Origin: a virus
Virus record (IMG/VR): IMGVR_UViG_3300045988_150219
Location: 1-42,170 of that record
Direction: 5' to 3' (one strand)
Length of the DNA stretch: 42,170 nucleotides
In this document: piece by piece, positions 1-7,047 of the stretch
How the letters are laid out: each line of letters opens with the position of its first letter
Numbering within the stretch: position 1 is the stretch's first letter
Position numbers and translations under genes: made by a program
Notes under the pieces: generated by a model
Seen by the model: only the letters and a program-made list of their open reading frames with translations
The model's database searches: none
Told to the model about the DNA's origin: nothing

Positions 1-55
1 TCAATCAAGGAGCCACTCCCCGACAGTGTATGTTTGTGAATGCCCAGCGATTGGA
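1..55. repeat. Terminal direct repeat, copy 1; identical to 42116-42170 (circular-assembly overlap)
   Basis: Bases 1-55 match 42116-42170 exactly by direct comparison. An ORF reads through the join in frame. Confidence 0.95.
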
Positions 56-404
56 CGAGATGGGGATACACAGGAATTTCATGTTTGACCCCACAGGTGA
101 TGACATAGGATTCTGTGCCGAGATTCTACAGCATGGCGGTGAGTTGTTCTACATGAATTGTCTGGGATACGAGTTTATTGATGATGAAATCAACAGCGTT
201 ATCCGCAATGACAGCAATCGCAGACAACTCGCTGCATATGAAGAACAGTGTCTGATGCAGTACGATTTGGGCAAACACTACCTGAAACGCACATTCACAT
301 TCGACGATGGTTCATACAAGTTTGGTGATATTGACTGGAGGGCATATCACCGATTCACAAACACCAAGCCCTCCCGAATAATGTTGGAGGAATTACTACC
401 ATGA
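1..404 (+). CDS. 3' part of the junction-spanning ORF (starts at 41587, 310 aa in total); GT-A-like glycosyltransferase candidate
   Basis: The frame of track ORF 30-404 is open back to base 1 and continuous with the frame opened by ATG 41587 (42145 equals position 30; 42145-41587=558, divisible by 3). Its stop overlaps the next start (ATGA at 401-404). Confidence 0.6.
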   Translation, partial: NQGATPRQCMFVNAQRLDEMGIHRNFMFDPTGDDIGFCAEILQHGGELFYMNCLGYEFIDDEINSVIRNDSNRRQLAAYEEQCLMQYDLGKHYLKRTFTFDDGSYKFGDIDWRAYHRFTNTKPSRIMLEELLP

Positions 405-859
405 ACATAATTTTGGAGGGATGCGACGGAACAGGCAAAACCACGCTGGCAAACTATCTATGTCAGGAACTCGGGTGCTATTATTGGCACGAATCTGTTC
501 CCCGCACCAAAGAAGAATACACACAGATGTTAAGCAGTGGGAATGACATCGTGTTCGACAGATTCTGCTATGGACAGTTCGTATACAACCAAGAGGCAGA
601 GCGTAAACTATCATTGCAAGACCTTATCGAACTTCAAGCCACCGTGTTCCCATACACCAAGACAATCGTGTTGTATGTGGATGCAGATAGTGAAACAATT
701 GCCAAACGAATGGAGTCCCGCAACGAATATCCCGCAGGAGTGACTTCCCATGAAGAACTTGTGCGCTGGGTGAAGAATATTCGGGGAACATATCGTTCTT
801 TGTTCCAAAGAGCAGGAACCAAATTTATAAACATAAACGGAGTAGAAAGTAAACTATGA
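401..859 (+). CDS. Thymidylate-kinase-like dNMP kinase
   Basis: N-terminal P-loop EGCDGTGKTT (the EGxDGxGKTT signature of dTMP kinases) and DRFCYGQFVY. It overlaps both neighbouring ORFs by 4 nt. Confidence 0.75.
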   Translation: MNIILEGCDGTGKTTLANYLCQELGCYYWHESVPRTKEEYTQMLSSGNDIVFDRFCYGQFVYNQEAERKLSLQDLIELQATVFPYTKTIVLYVDADSETIAKRMESRNEYPAGVTSHEELVRWVKNIRGTYRSLFQRAGTKFININGVESKL

Positions 860-1683
860 GACCGATAGAAGACAACACAATCGAATTGCGCCAAATCTTG
901 GCTGAAAACGCAACGGGTGCTTTTGAGACGGCATATTACAGGCTCAAATGTCTTGGGGAAGTCGTTGAAAGCAGGATTGGCACAACCAAACACATGTCCA
1001 ATGTAACCATAAGAATCATGAATCCGCAACATGGGATTTGTTTGAATCCTGAACGCAATTTGTCGCTCAAATACCTGTTGGGTGAAATCAACTGGTACAT
1101 GTCTGGCTCTAACCGAGTTGCGGACATCGCAAAATATGCCAAAATGTGGAATCACTTAACGGATGACGGCGAAACAGTCAACAGTGCTTATGGTTATCGC
1201 ATGTTTACCAAATTCGGATTCAACCAACTTGAATACTGTATCAACAAACTCAAAGCGAATCCGTATGACAGACAGGCTGTCATTCATATCAAAGACGCAG
1301 ACAACAAGCCCACTCTGGATACACCTTGTACTTGCCTGATTCAATTCACGGTGTATCACGGACAACTCGAAACATCCGTGTATATGCGGAGCAACGATGT
1401 ATGGCTTGGATTGCCCTATGACGTGGCATTCTTCACATATCTCCAGTCTTATGTGGCAAAGGCAATAGGACTTCCTGTTGGCGTATATACTCACACTGTT
1501 GGGGATTTACATGTGTATGAAAAACACTGGGGCAAGAATATTTCTCGCACAATCACAAATAATGAATTGTGTTGGGATGGAACTGAACTCAAAGAAGAAC
1601 TCCAACGAGTTGAAGAAGGGAATCCCCCGAATAACGAGTTGTTGAGGCAACTCTGGAGGTTGAACAATGGTAAACAAAATTAA
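856..1683 (+). CDS. Thymidylate-synthase-family pyrimidine hydroxymethylase or methylase, dCMP-hydroxymethylase-like
   Basis: TS-fold motifs NSAYGYR, DRQAVIHI, catalytic Cys in PCTCLIQF, YMRSNDVWLGLPYDVAFF and GDLHVYEKH. The Asp in LPYDVA aligns with E. coli ThyA Asn177 and T4 gp42 Asp179. Confidence 0.8.
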   Translation: MRPIEDNTIELRQILAENATGAFETAYYRLKCLGEVVESRIGTTKHMSNVTIRIMNPQHGICLNPERNLSLKYLLGEINWYMSGSNRVADIAKYAKMWNHLTDDGETVNSAYGYRMFTKFGFNQLEYCINKLKANPYDRQAVIHIKDADNKPTLDTPCTCLIQFTVYHGQLETSVYMRSNDVWLGLPYDVAFFTYLQSYVAKAIGLPVGVYTHTVGDLHVYEKHWGKNISRTITNNELCWDGTELKEELQRVEEGNPPNNELLRQLWRLNNGKQN

Positions 1684-1993
1684 AGTCAGTGCACCTGCAA
1701 TCAATCCCCATATTTGCTATGTTAACGCCAAATACAAAGGAGACATTCAGACTCTGCGTCAGCGTTACAATCTGTCGTTCTATCGGATTCTCTGCGTGAA
1801 CGCAGGCAAGGAATTGTGCGACAAAGCAGCGATTGCGGAGTACAAAAAGAATATCCGCAAGAAAGGATACAGGAACATTGGTGAATATGCGGAAGACCTT
1901 ATCACCATTTTGATTCTTAATCCCGATATAACAATACAAAACTTGGGTCAACTCGAACTCACAAGAACCAAAATAACCAAACAGGAGAACTGA
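1667..1993 (+). CDS. Hypothetical protein (108 aa)
   Basis: Overlaps the upstream ORF by 17 nt in the same operon. No recognisable motif. Confidence 0.55.
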   Translation: MVNKIKVSAPAINPHICYVNAKYKGDIQTLRQRYNLSFYRILCVNAGKELCDKAAIAEYKKNIRKKGYRNIGEYAEDLITILILNPDITIQNLGQLELTRTKITKQEN

Positions 1994-1996
1994 CAT

Positions 1997-2326
1997 ATGA
2001 TAATCGCAATGGATTTTGACGGAACACTCTGCACGGAATCTTTTCCGGAGATTGGGGAACCATTATATCCCCGAATTGAGTTTTGCAAGAAACTCAAAGC
2101 CCAAGGACACAAATTGATTCTTTGGACATGTCGCACTGGGAAGACACTCGAAGATGCTGTATTATGGTGCAAGAAACACGGGTTGACCTTTGATTCAGTC
2201 AACTGTAATTTACCAGAGATACAGGAAAAATGGGGCGGAGACACCCGAAAAATCTATTGTGATTACTATGTTGACGACAAGAACATATCCTTCCGGGAAT
2301 TACATGAAAAGACCTTCTCGCTTTGA
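1997..2326 (+). CDS. Minimal HAD-superfamily phosphatase, candidate deoxynucleotidase
   Basis: HAD motif I DFDGTL at residues 6-11, WTCR (motif II Thr) and K..YCDYYVDD (motifs III/IV). It is the last gene before the terminator. Confidence 0.6.
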   Translation: MIIAMDFDGTLCTESFPEIGEPLYPRIEFCKKLKAQGHKLILWTCRTGKTLEDAVLWCKKHGLTFDSVNCNLPEIQEKWGGDTRKIYCDYYVDDKNISFRELHEKTFSL

Positions 2327-2337
2327 GAAGGTCTTTT
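2307..2337. terminator. Bidirectional rho-independent terminator between the convergent arms
   Basis: Perfect 13-bp inverted repeat AAAAGACCTTCTC / GAGAAGGTCTTTT (2307-2319 and 2325-2337) with a 5-nt loop. A-run and T-run flanks serve both strands. Confidence 0.85.
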
Positions 2338-2342
2338 GCTTG

Positions 2343-2666
2343 TTACTTCTTGGCTGCTTCAATCATGTATCGTATTTCCGCATATAACTCGACATACTCT
2401 TCATGGGCTTGCCCCCATTTGTATTCCATGTATTCCGGAACCTCTACCCCTTTGGATTGCATTTCAGCACGAGCAGCCTTGATTTGGTTCATGGCGACAT
2501 CATGCCACATATCAGCGTGGGATAACTCTTCATCTGCAAGTTTTATCGCAGTTTGATACACAGCAGAATCGCCATTCGATTTGGCTTTTGCAGCACACAG
2601 TGCATACTTTTTTGCGTCTGAGAGTTCTTCATTGATGTACTCTATTGACTTTTCGATTTTCAGCAT
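2343..2666 (-). CDS. Hypothetical helical protein (107 aa)
   Basis: Last ORF of the minus arm. Helix-rich, charged sequence with no recognisable motif. Confidence 0.55.
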   Translation of the reverse strand: MLKIEKSIEYINEELSDAKKYALCAAKAKSNGDSAVYQTAIKLADEELSHADMWHDVAMNQIKAARAEMQSKGVEVPEYMEYKWGQAHEEYVELYAEIRYMIEAAKK

Positions 2667-2676
2667 GGCTGTCTCC

Positions 2677-2874
2677 TTATTGATGTGATTTGTTGAGTTG
2701 TCGGAGTTCTTTCAGAATCTCGTTCAACTCATCATCGCCTGAAAACGCAGCATATATTTGGAGTTTTTGGAGTCGCTTAACATACTTGTTGGTACGCCGA
2801 TTCTCGACATAATTCAACACTGCAAGAATGTCCAGTAAACCAAACTCTCCAAACAGCCCGTTATTGCGACTCAT
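2677..2874 (-). CDS. Hypothetical small protein
   Basis: The track ORF 2677-2886 opens with GTG. ATG 2874 lies directly after the upstream stop (TAACATG). No strong SD. Confidence 0.4.
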   Translation of the reverse strand: MSRNNGLFGEFGLLDILAVLNYVENRRTNKYVKRLQKLQIYAAFSGDDELNEILKELRQLNKSHQ

Positions 2875-2875
2875 G

Positions 2876-3229
2876 TTAATACCCACATTGTTTCACAGGG
2901 AAATTATGCGTGATAAAGTGGACACTTCCGGAAGTTCCGACATACGTAAGATATTTGAACAGGGGACAATAGTGTATATTGTCGTTAGCCACAAGCAAAT
3001 CACCACCTGTGATTGAATTGGCAAACCGATTCAACAACACATAGTTGCTTCCCCCGACATCGATGTACACGGGCAAGTTGGTTGCTCCGGAAGGAATGCT
3101 CACGTTGCGTGCGAATCGAAGCACGATTTGGGATTTGTCCGCCAAAGACGGTGTTCCGTTAAGTGTGAGTATAAGAGAACCACTGGACACAGTTGCTCCT
3201 GTGATGTAATAAAATTTGGGACATGACAT
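2876..3229 (-). CDS. Hypothetical beta-rich protein with Cys at both termini (MSCPKF...KQCGY)
   Basis: ATG 3229 is preceded by GAAGGAGG with 8-nt spacing; the TTG start at 3247 in the track is less likely. It follows a terminator. Confidence 0.55.
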   Translation of the reverse strand: MSCPKFYYITGATVSSGSLILTLNGTPSLADKSQIVLRFARNVSIPSGATNLPVYIDVGGSNYVLLNRFANSITGGDLLVANDNIHYCPLFKYLTYVGTSGSVHFITHNFPVKQCGY

Positions 3230-3244
3230 TTTGAATTCCTCCTT

Positions 3245-3273
3245 CAAAATAAAGGGCTGCCACAGCAGCCCCC
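3245..3273 (-). terminator. Rho-independent terminator after 3296-3886
   Basis: Hairpin GGGCTGC-CACA-GCAGCCC (3254-3271), followed on the minus strand by TTTATTTTG. Confidence 0.7.
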
Positions 3274-3295
3274 AAAGAATGTTTTGTTTGTGTGT

Positions 3296-3886
3296 TTAGA
3301 ATCCACAATTGCAACCGCCGAAGTTGTTACCACAACCGCAGTTATTGTAGCAAGTATAAGGATTTACAGAAGGGTGAGTGTAGTACTGCCCCAACTGGCT
3401 CAGAATGTATGTGCTTTGGCTGCGGTTGCTGATTTCCGCTTTTGCGTCGGACAAAGCCGTGCGCAAGCCTTCAACATAATTCTGCTGAATCAGGTCACGA
3501 GTTGCCTGATTCTGTTCGATAATTGTGGTTCTCAAATCACAGCAACATTGCTGCAGTTGCTGACCAAGACTCTGGAATCCGAGTTGAGTTTGGAATCGGT
3601 TGTTGAGAATTTCCTTATCAACGCCACAAATTCCGCTTTCAACGCTGTGGAACCCATCACGAATATCGTTCTTGATGTCTTGACTGCCGAGAGCCGAATA
3701 CAATTCTGCCGTCGTCAAACTTGCTTGTGTTGCAGAGCCTGCTCCGTTGCCGAAGAAACCATTGCCACTTATTGCAAGCAAGAAGATAAAGAGAAGAATA
3801 ATCCAGCCAACGAATCCGTCACCCCAGCCATCACGGTCATCTCTGCCAGTGAGAGCAAGGACATCTGCTGCCGATAAATCTGCCAT
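3296..3886 (-). CDS. Membrane-anchored coiled-coil protein with a Cys/Gly/Asn-rich C-terminus
   Basis: Strong SD (AAGGAGGAAAACAATATG). One predicted TM (FVGWIILLFIFLLAISG), a Q/L-rich helical region with a CCC triplet, and the tail CYNNCGCGNNFGGCNCGF. Confidence 0.7.
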   Translation of the reverse strand: MADLSAADVLALTGRDDRDGWGDGFVGWIILLFIFLLAISGNGFFGNGAGSATQASLTTAELYSALGSQDIKNDIRDGFHSVESGICGVDKEILNNRFQTQLGFQSLGQQLQQCCCDLRTTIIEQNQATRDLIQQNYVEGLRTALSDAKAEISNRSQSTYILSQLGQYYTHPSVNPYTCYNNCGCGNNFGGCNCGF

Positions 3887-3949
3887 ATTGTTTTCCTCCT
3901 TGTTTATTTACACAAACCGATGTTGCGCACCACCTGTTTGGGCATTGTA

Positions 3950-4288
3950 TTAGAATCCTCTAAAAGCGGAAGAATCACCTTGTATTGCCTGTTCCAATTC
4001 ATCCCAGACTTTGTTATCTATTTTATGCGCAAATCCGAGTTTTTGCGCTGTTCGATAAGCAGATTTTACATCATTGAAATTTTCAATTGTAACCCTGCCT
4101 GATTGAACTTGTTCTTTCAAAAATTCCTCAGGTCTCTTGCCTGCGTTTATTGCTTGCTTTATGGTGTTAGCCAACTCAGGATTCCGTTTGCTTGCTTCTT
4201 CCAACATCATATTCAATCCTTGTCGGGGATTCGATACACTGTTTGCAATCTTAACGAACTTGGCAATTGTGTTAAGTCCTATTTTCAT
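3950..4288 (-). CDS. Hypothetical protein (112 aa)
   Basis: ORF in the minus-strand operon, overlapping the upstream ORF by 17 nt. Confidence 0.5.
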   Translation of the reverse strand: MKIGLNTIAKFVKIANSVSNPRQGLNMMLEEASKRNPELANTIKQAINAGKRPEEFLKEQVQSGRVTIENFNDVKSAYRTAQKLGFAHKIDNKVWDELEQAIQGDSSAFRGF

Positions 4289-4754
4289 GTTTCACCTCTG
4301 AAATCACGGGTTGTTTTCGGGATTGCGACAGAGATTCAACTCTGCTGTACAGTTCTTCCACACGATTTGTGAGCAACTCTGCCCATTCAGGTATCTCATT
4401 GGGAGTTTGCTCAGGAGAAGATTTTTCATCTGTTTTAGATGTGTTTAAGGGTGAAAATGAAAACGGCTGACAACTCGTAACCCCATTTACAAGTTTTTTG
4501 CTGTAAAACACACCGCTGTTTTCGATAAATATATTGACAGGTGTCCCATCCACAGGAACGCCATAATTCTCCATATCTTGAAGAGTCTTAACCACAACAT
4601 AAGTTCCTATTTGTGTTATGCCGTTTGTGGGCGGTTGAGGTTGACTCGGAATCGGTGAGTTAATCTGGGATTGCATTGCCCTTAACTGATTGAGTTGATT
4701 GTACAGGTTATTGATGGTTGCTTCATTATTCATGTTGAATGGCTGATTGAACAT
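4272..4754 (-). CDS. Hypothetical protein with an N/Q/P-rich N-terminus (160 aa)
   Basis: ORF in an operon, starting 4 nt after the stop of 4758-4985. Confidence 0.5.
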   Translation of the reverse strand: MFNQPFNMNNEATINNLYNQLNQLRAMQSQINSPIPSQPQPPTNGITQIGTYVVVKTLQDMENYGVPVDGTPVNIFIENSGVFYSKKLVNGVTSCQPFSFSPLNTSKTDEKSSPEQTPNEIPEWAELLTNRVEELYSRVESLSQSRKQPVISEVKHENRT

Positions 4755-4757
4755 AGG

Positions 4758-4985
4758 TTATTCCTCCTTTGGTTCTGATTCAGCAAGAATTTTGCGAATC
4801 CCTTGGAATCCCTCCAAGAGTTTTTGAAAAGTTGATTTGTGTGTTGAAGATTTCAAATCACGTCGATATGTCAACACGAACCGCAATTCCGAATCCGTTA
4901 GTGATTCCCCATCCACACACTTCTTGATAATTGCATTATACAATTTTGCGCTATTGCGCATGTATTCATCCATATAATCCGACAT
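4758..4985 (-). CDS. Hypothetical small protein
   Basis: ATG 4985 is preceded by AGGAGG. The track's GTG 4991 overlaps that SD. Confidence 0.5.
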   Translation of the reverse strand: MSDYMDEYMRNSAKLYNAIIKKCVDGESLTDSELRFVLTYRRDLKSSTHKSTFQKLLEGFQGIRKILAESEPKEE

Positions 4986-4987
4986 GT

Positions 4988-5137
4988 TCACCTCCTGTCG
5001 ATTACAACTGGCTCTCCTGTTTCTTCCTTATCGTTGGGGTACAATTCATCCATGTTGAATCGGGATTCGTCCACATTTGTGTCTTCTGTGTCCAAATCCA
5101 ATCCGTTCAATTCATTGTACAATGGATAATACTTCAT
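4988..5137 (-). CDS. Small acidic ORF (49 aa), below the track's length cutoff
   Basis: Hand translation gives MKYYPLYNELNGLDLDTEDTNVDESRFNMDELYPNDKEETGEPVVIDRR. GGGGGAA lies upstream, and its stop sits inside the SD of the next gene. Confidence 0.4.
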   Translation of the reverse strand: MKYYPLYNELNGLDLDTEDTNVDESRFNMDELYPNDKEETGEPVVIDRR

Positions 5138-5153
5138 AATTCCCCCACAAAGT

Positions 5154-5207
5154 GTGAAGGAAGGAAAGCACCAGAGGGCTCAGGTGTTTCAACTTTCCTG
5201 CCTTCAC
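5154..5207 (-). promoter_or_regulatory. Long structured hairpin in the presumed 5' leader of the accessory operon
   Basis: The 15-nt arms 5154-5168 and 5193-5207 pair at 14 of 15 positions. An inner CACC/GGTG helix (5169-5172 and 5183-5186) extends it. It ends 16 nt upstream of ATG 5137. Confidence 0.5.
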
Positions 5208-5230
5208 CATAACTTTAATGATTTGGGGTA

Positions 5231-5259
5231 AATATAATTCCGAAACAAGGAGTCTTAAA
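5231..5259 (-). promoter_or_regulatory. Possible sigma-A-type promoter for the accessory operon
   Basis: On the minus strand: TTTAAG, a 17-nt spacer, then TATATT. The GGAATTATATT context resembles the GGAATATAAT of the three conserved plus-strand promoters. Confidence 0.25.
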
Positions 5260-5271
5260 GGTATCGTACAA

Positions 5272-5305
5272 CAAAAAACACCAGTCAACGCTGGTGTTTT
5301 AATTT
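5272..5305. terminator. Bidirectional rho-independent terminator
   Basis: 8-bp stem AACACCAG / CTGGTGTT (5277-5284 and 5291-5298) with a 6-nt loop, an A-run on the left and a T-run on the right. The stop of 5285-5869 lies in the loop. Confidence 0.75.
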
Positions 5306-5869
5306 GGTTTCAAGTGTTTGTTCAATACGCTTTTCTCGGCGTATCATTTGTGATTTGCTGTATCCAATCTTGTCGTAGAGCGTTTGCCCTGCGAGTTTAT
5401 AGACGATTCGTTGGATGACAATTTGAGTGTCGATTTCATCCAGTCCTTTTCGATAACAATATTGCTGCAACTCATCTTCTGTTAACTCATACAAATTGAC
5501 ACGGGATTCTTTCTTGGTCAACCTGAAATTCTTCTCCCCTTGAATATAACTGATGTATGCTATAAGTAACCCAAACGCTGGTGCGAATACTATGCTGTAT
5601 CGTATTGGTACAACTGCATATGTTGAGAATGCAAACACTGCTAACGATAACCCAAAACACCGTATCATACGACTTGCGTGGTATTGATAATCGTACAGTC
5701 CTTTGGTCAACATATAAGGTGCAAACAACAGAATAAATTCTATGGGCTTTCCCAAGAGAAAGGCGCAGGCAATCAGTAATGAAAGTATTACAAAGAATCC
5801 ACCCACGCCATATACTCTGAGAATTCTTTTGTATTGTTTACTTGTTATCTTGATTCTCTTCATCCACAA
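5285..5869 (-). CDS. Four-TM membrane protein fused to a C-terminal sigma-70 region-4-like HTH
   Basis: About four hydrophobic segments in residues 20-115, then LTEDELQQYCYRKGLDEIDTQIVIQRIVYKLAGQTLYDKIGYSKSQMIRREKRI. A YHASRMIRC motif (H-x6-C) lies between TM2 and TM3. Confidence 0.6.
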   Translation of the reverse strand: MWMKRIKITSKQYKRILRVYGVGGFFVILSLLIACAFLLGKPIEFILLFAPYMLTKGLYDYQYHASRMIRCFGLSLAVFAFSTYAVVPIRYSIVFAPAFGLLIAYISYIQGEKNFRLTKKESRVNLYELTEDELQQYCYRKGLDEIDTQIVIQRIVYKLAGQTLYDKIGYSKSQMIRREKRIEQTLETKLKHQR

Positions 5870-6569
5870 TATCGAACTTGTTTTTCAAATCCGCATCTGC
5901 AGACTGTTCGTTACCGAATATTCCAAAAGGACTGTTTGGCCAACCACCGTGTTCCTCAATGGGCTTTTTCTCTTCTGTGTTGTTAAGGGATTTGTGTGAC
6001 ATTTTGCTACCTCCAATGTATTTTCTTACAGCATATATGGACACCACAAACAGATAATAATCCAGTGATGCCACCATGCCATAGACAAAATTATAGTTTG
6101 CGCTCATGACATCGTTTTCCCCGAGTCGTCCATATATGAACATCAACGAGTACAAAGTCATGACCACGGCAAACAGAATGCCCTCTACAATTGCTCGTAA
6201 TTGTCTTCTGACAATCACAGGGATAACCACCATACATGAAAGATTGAACATGGTTTGTCCCATTCCTTGTGGCACAAAATACATAATGGCTGTTTGAATC
6301 GCAGCGATAAGAATGCACCACTTCCACTTTGTGTTACAAAGGATTTTGTATTGAAAACTCAGTTGAACAAGATTCACAATACACAGTATGAACTGTTGCC
6401 AGAATAGGGACGGAATCGGTACATTCCCCCAATCTGCTTGAAACCAAAGTGAACCTGTCAACCGAGCCACAACACAAATCACCATCAGTATAGGAAATAT
6501 CAGAGCAAGGCTTGCAGTGAATATTTCTTTTCCTGAGTGTGATTTTATCCGAGTTTTGAGTTTGTTCAT
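5838..6569 (-). CDS. Polytopic membrane protein (about six TMs) with an acidic C-terminal tail
   Basis: Repeated 20-aa hydrophobic segments and the tail EQSADADLKNKFDIVDEENQDNK. It overlaps the next ORF by 32 nt. Confidence 0.6.
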   Translation of the reverse strand: MNKLKTRIKSHSGKEIFTASLALIFPILMVICVVARLTGSLWFQADWGNVPIPSLFWQQFILCIVNLVQLSFQYKILCNTKWKWCILIAAIQTAIMYFVPQGMGQTMFNLSCMVVIPVIVRRQLRAIVEGILFAVVMTLYSLMFIYGRLGENDVMSANYNFVYGMVASLDYYLFVVSIYAVRKYIGGSKMSHKSLNNTEEKKPIEEHGGWPNSPFGIFGNEQSADADLKNKFDIVDEENQDNK

Positions 6570-6578
6570 GGCTCATCG

Positions 6579-6608
6579 TAAAATTGGGGTACACACTATG
6601 TACCCCAA
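6579..6608 (-). terminator. Hairpin terminator or attenuator after 6615-6995
   Basis: 9-bp stem TTGGGGTAC / GTACCCCAA (6584-6592 and 6600-6608), followed on the minus strand by TTTTA. It sits 10 nt upstream of ATG 6569. Confidence 0.55.
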
Positions 6609-6614
6609 CTCTGA

Positions 6615-6995
6615 TTATGCAACGATGTCTTTGTCACGAGCGTTAACAATTTTGGTGTTGCCAATCGCCGTGTCAATGTAGTTGCTCCAATATGCTTCAT
6701 CGTATTTGTAGTTGAGTTCAAGACATTTCGCAAGCACACGGGTGAGTGCGCTTTCCTTCTTGAAACATCCCAAGGATAATTCCGGACTCAATGCCTTTTC
6801 AGCAACATCTCGATTGTAGAATTCTTTTTCAAGGTCTACCAGAAGATTGTCCACGAATTCTTTGAGAACCAACAATTTGTCGGAAGCATTTTTGCCTTTG
6901 GTTGCTTTGCGCAGAACTATGACAAGCGGAATTGCTGCGGACAGAATCGCTGCCACAATTGCGACACAAAGATACACAATGTACAAAACATTCAT
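6615..6995 (-). CDS. N-terminally membrane-anchored protein; possible holin-type lysis protein
   Basis: SD GAAGGAGAAG. A single N-terminal TM (LYIVYLCVAIVAAILSAAIPLVIVL) is followed by a helical domain. It sits at the end of the late operon. Confidence 0.35.
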   Translation of the reverse strand: MNVLYIVYLCVAIVAAILSAAIPLVIVLRKATKGKNASDKLLVLKEFVDNLLVDLEKEFYNRDVAEKALSPELSLGCFKKESALTRVLAKCLELNYKYDEAYWSNYIDTAIGNTKIVNARDKDIVA

Positions 6996-7047
6996 ATTCT
7001 CTTCTCCTTCATGTTATTATTACAGGGATGAAGTTCCCTGCTGACTG

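Noticed and set aside
1-55. The 55-bp end repeat as a biological direct terminal repeat or cos end
   Set aside because: The length equals a common assembler k-mer, the join lies inside an open reading frame, and the packaging-site-like repeats are at 24052-24108 next to terS and HNH.
3284-3877. 197-aa plus-strand ORF mirroring 3296-3886
   Set aside because: The minus-strand frame has a strong SD (AAGGAGG), a downstream terminator and a coherent TM/coiled-coil/Cys-tail architecture. The plus frame has none of these.
4988-5137. The small ORF as an AgrD-like autoinducing-peptide precursor for the AgrB-like motif protein
   Set aside because: It has no N-terminal amphipathic or hydrophobic helix, no Cys for thiolactone formation, and no EP-type C-terminal recognition motif. 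A terminator separates it from 5285-5869.
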